Shown piece by piece: positions 61,771 through 64,000 of a DNA stretch of 64,000 nt. Source of the DNA: a bacterium (GTDB lineage: Bacteria; Hinthialibacterota; Hinthialibacteria; Hinthialibacterales; Hinthialibacteraceae). The stretch is taken from NCBI GenBank assembly GCA_963663405.2, contig CAXXSM010000088.1:34360-98359 (forward strand), given 5' to 3'. Position 1 is the first letter of the stretch. Every line of letters starts with the position of its first letter. A program made the translations under genes and the position numbers. A model generated the notes under the pieces. It searched no databases, was not told the origin of the DNA, and was given only the letters and a program-made list of their open reading frames with translations.

Positions 61771-62768
61771 GGGTTGTATTTCTCTATAACAATGGTTTCC
61801 ATCTGGATTGTATTGGTCAAGCCCCAAACGGGTTTTCCCTCTTTTTCCGCTGATTCACTGGTTGTAATGCGCACAGCGGATGGAATCATTAATCCTTCGC
61901 GAAAGGGGCTGTGAGACATTAAATGGATACGATATAACTCTTCCCCGCCATCTTTATTGATAATGACAAAGGACTTGCACGCGTACGTCTCTGGATCGAG
62001 CTGCAGCAAGCAGGTTAGATCCTGGGGAGTGAGATTGGGATTCCGACAGGCTTTCGCGAGATACGCCATCATATTCGCATCCATTTTCTCCGGCGTAAAA
62101 ATTAGAGCGTACGGTTGCATGCTTTGAATCCGGAGTTCCACCTTATCAAAATTCGCCGGCATTCCAATTTGATCGAGTGGAGGATACCACATCGATGGCG
62201 CGTAATACCACGGAGCTAAATCAACCGGCACAATATAATGCATCACATCAGCCTGTTGTTTCGATCCCAAAGGATAGATCGTAAAACGAAATTCCTGTTG
62301 TTGTTTTGTATCGAGTTCTTTCAGAGAAGGTCCGCCTTGGGGTGTGATAATAGGATTCCAATTAATTAATTTATTGTACACCCCAACGATTTTTTGAACG
62401 CCGAACATTTTCTCGCCATCCAAGATAAAGTTCCATTCAAATTCGGACACCCCATTGATAAATAGTGGATTATTCTCTTGATAGATTGGATCTTCCACGG
62501 GAACAGAAAAAATAGTCTCCAATTCTGGGATTAATTCTTTGGTGACTTCCTGCGCTTGCCATCGTCTGACTTTTAGCGTGATATGCAAAGGGATCTGATG
62601 AATTTGCTTAACCTTGTCCGCATATATTTTGCATATGGCTTCTTTTGTCGGCGTAGATTGAGCCCCAAAAAGTGGAGCCTCGATTGCGCTCAGTATGAAA
62701 ATACAAACAAAAAGGAGGAATGCCTTCCGGTTCATGGACGAATACACCTCATCTTTCTTTTTCAACAA
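61767..62768 (-). CDS. Hypothetical exported protein
   Basis: 333-aa ORF with a signal-peptide-like segment (MNRKAFLLFVCIFILSAIEAPLFG). No recognisable family. Confidence 0.6.
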   Translation of the reverse strand: MLKKKDEVYSSMNRKAFLLFVCIFILSAIEAPLFGAQSTPTKEAICKIYADKVKQIHQIPLHITLKVRRWQAQEVTKELIPELETIFSVPVEDPIYQENNPLFINGVSEFEWNFILDGEKMFGVQKIVGVYNKLINWNPIITPQGGPSLKELDTKQQQEFRFTIYPLGSKQQADVMHYIVPVDLAPWYYAPSMWYPPLDQIGMPANFDKVELRIQSMQPYALIFTPEKMDANMMAYLAKACRNPNLTPQDLTCLLQLDPETYACKSFVIINKDGGEELYRIHLMSHSPFREGLMIPSAVRITTSESAEKEGKPVWGLTNTIQMETIVIEKYNP

Positions 62769-63202
62769 GACGCTAATACTATCACAAGACGAAAACTTGC
62801 CAATTACTAGTCATAGAGATTCAGTTCCAGCCGCTCATCGGAACAGAACCAAAATTTCCGCTTTTTCCGTTATGTACAGTCTGTTTCAATATACGGATGA
62901 CAATGGGAAAGGTCTCTTATGTAACCTGGACTTCCCCAAATCGATTCATTTGTTTTAACGAATTTAAGATACAGTTACAAACATCGATCAATTTATTGTA
63001 TGTTAGCCAAGCCAGTCAAAATTCAAAGACACGCGCCGGGTAAATACATTTATAACTTCCTTTTTCTTCCGATCCCCATTACAATGCTTTCATATGGCCA
63101 TGCGGCCTAGATGTTATGGTTTGAGGATTCTACACATCCGGATCAGTGACACGCATAGGAGAAGCAGAGATACAAACCACAACGCATCTTGGAAAGAGTA
63201 TC

Positions 63203-64000
63203 ATGAGCCAGTATCCCTTCGAGTCAACCGATGTCCTTAAACCGTCAGCAGCGGGACGTTTTTATCCATCCAACCCAGACACACTCAGGCGGGACGCGCA
63301 TCGGTACATTTCTGAGGCGGACATCATGCCCAGCCGGAAGCCCGTCTGCGCTATCCTTGTGCCTCACGCGGGCTATGTCTACTCCGCTCCTGTAGCGGGT
63401 TATTCATACCGTCACGTTGAAAAGCAACCGCCGGATGTTGTTCTCTTTATTGCGATCTCGCATCAAGGAACCGAAGGTGGATGCGTCTTTTCTGGAAAAT
63501 ACTACGAAACACCATTGGGCCGGATTCCCGTGGATGAAGAATTGACGAATGCGTTAATCGAAGCGGGGCCACCCATCCATTCTTCTCCGGTGGCGTATCT
63601 TCAAGAACACTCGATTGAGGTTAACCTCCCATTTATACAAGTTTTATTTCCCCAGGCCAAAGTGGCTTCTATTCTTATTACTAAACAAGATGGGAAACTC
63701 TGCCGCGAGATCGGATTAATCATCGCCAACGCTATCCGAAAGTTTTCCAACCGATCGATCCTGATTTGTGTTTCCTCCGATATGAGCCACTATCCCTCTT
63801 ACGACGTGGCCAGTAGACTCGATCAGGCAATGCTGCGGAGTATCGAATCTCTTAATCCCGAAACAATTTTGCATGATCTTATTGAACTTCCCAAGGAATC
63901 CGCGAGAAATCTCCATTGTGTGATGTGCGGAGGAGCGGCGATGTTGACGGCGGTCGAAGCGGCGTTGGCCCTTGGCTGCAGCGAAGCAAAAACCCTTTGC
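63203..64000 (+). CDS. amrB: AmmeMemoRadiSam system protein B (Memo-like), runs off the window edge
   Basis: My translation gives AAGRFYP, LVPHAGYVYSA, YETPLG, EHSIEVNLPFIQ, SSDMSHY and MCG. Not in the ORF track because there is no stop in the window. Confidence 0.92.
   Translation, partial: MSQYPFESTDVLKPSAAGRFYPSNPDTLRRDAHRYISEADIMPSRKPVCAILVPHAGYVYSAPVAGYSYRHVEKQPPDVVLFIAISHQGTEGGCVFSGKYYETPLGRIPVDEELTNALIEAGPPIHSSPVAYLQEHSIEVNLPFIQVLFPQAKVASILITKQDGKLCREIGLIIANAIRKFSNRSILICVSSDMSHYPSYDVASRLDQAMLRSIESLNPETILHDLIELPKESARNLHCVMCGGAAMLTAVEAALALGCSEAKTLC

Overview
A 64-kb chromosomal segment from a diderm, probably anaerobic, heterotrophic bacterium. It is rich in secreted hydrolases, sulfatases and stand-alone pseudopilin-like genes. 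That profile is reminiscent of candidate phyla such as Ca. Hinthialibacterota/Sumerlaeota, but the taxonomy is only my inference. Recognisable genes include partial mazG, a GH57 branching enzyme, an S8 protease, btaA/btaB, yacG, lnt, araB, a PerR-like regulator with rubrerythrin, glpD, a hybrid sensor kinase, an ArsR/CoA-persulfide reductase locus, a C69 peptidase, a MATE pump and partial amrB. Two blocks (about 21-32 kb and 52.6-58.4 kb) are full of frameshifts that look like consensus sequencing errors, so gene ends there are approximate. The main candidates for novelty are five. (1) An AT-rich locus where an effector-less NACHT NTPase is fused in frame to a HicB antitoxin, overlaps a hicA toxin gene missed by the ORF track, and is preceded by a truncated second hicB. 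This may be an NLR-gated toxin-antitoxin defence system. (2) A complete 2,844-bp IS with 31-bp TIRs, a 5-bp target duplication, a ~813-aa tandem-HTH DDE transposase and internal operator repeats. (3) A dispersed ~91-bp repeat with a constant 58-bp hairpin core, in five copies. (4) A PHP-btaA-btaB-B12 radical SAM lipid-remodelling cluster. (5) A shared C-terminal I-x-x-W-x-[ML]-[YF] motif on two unrelated secreted proteins. No rRNA, tRNA or CRISPR array was found.
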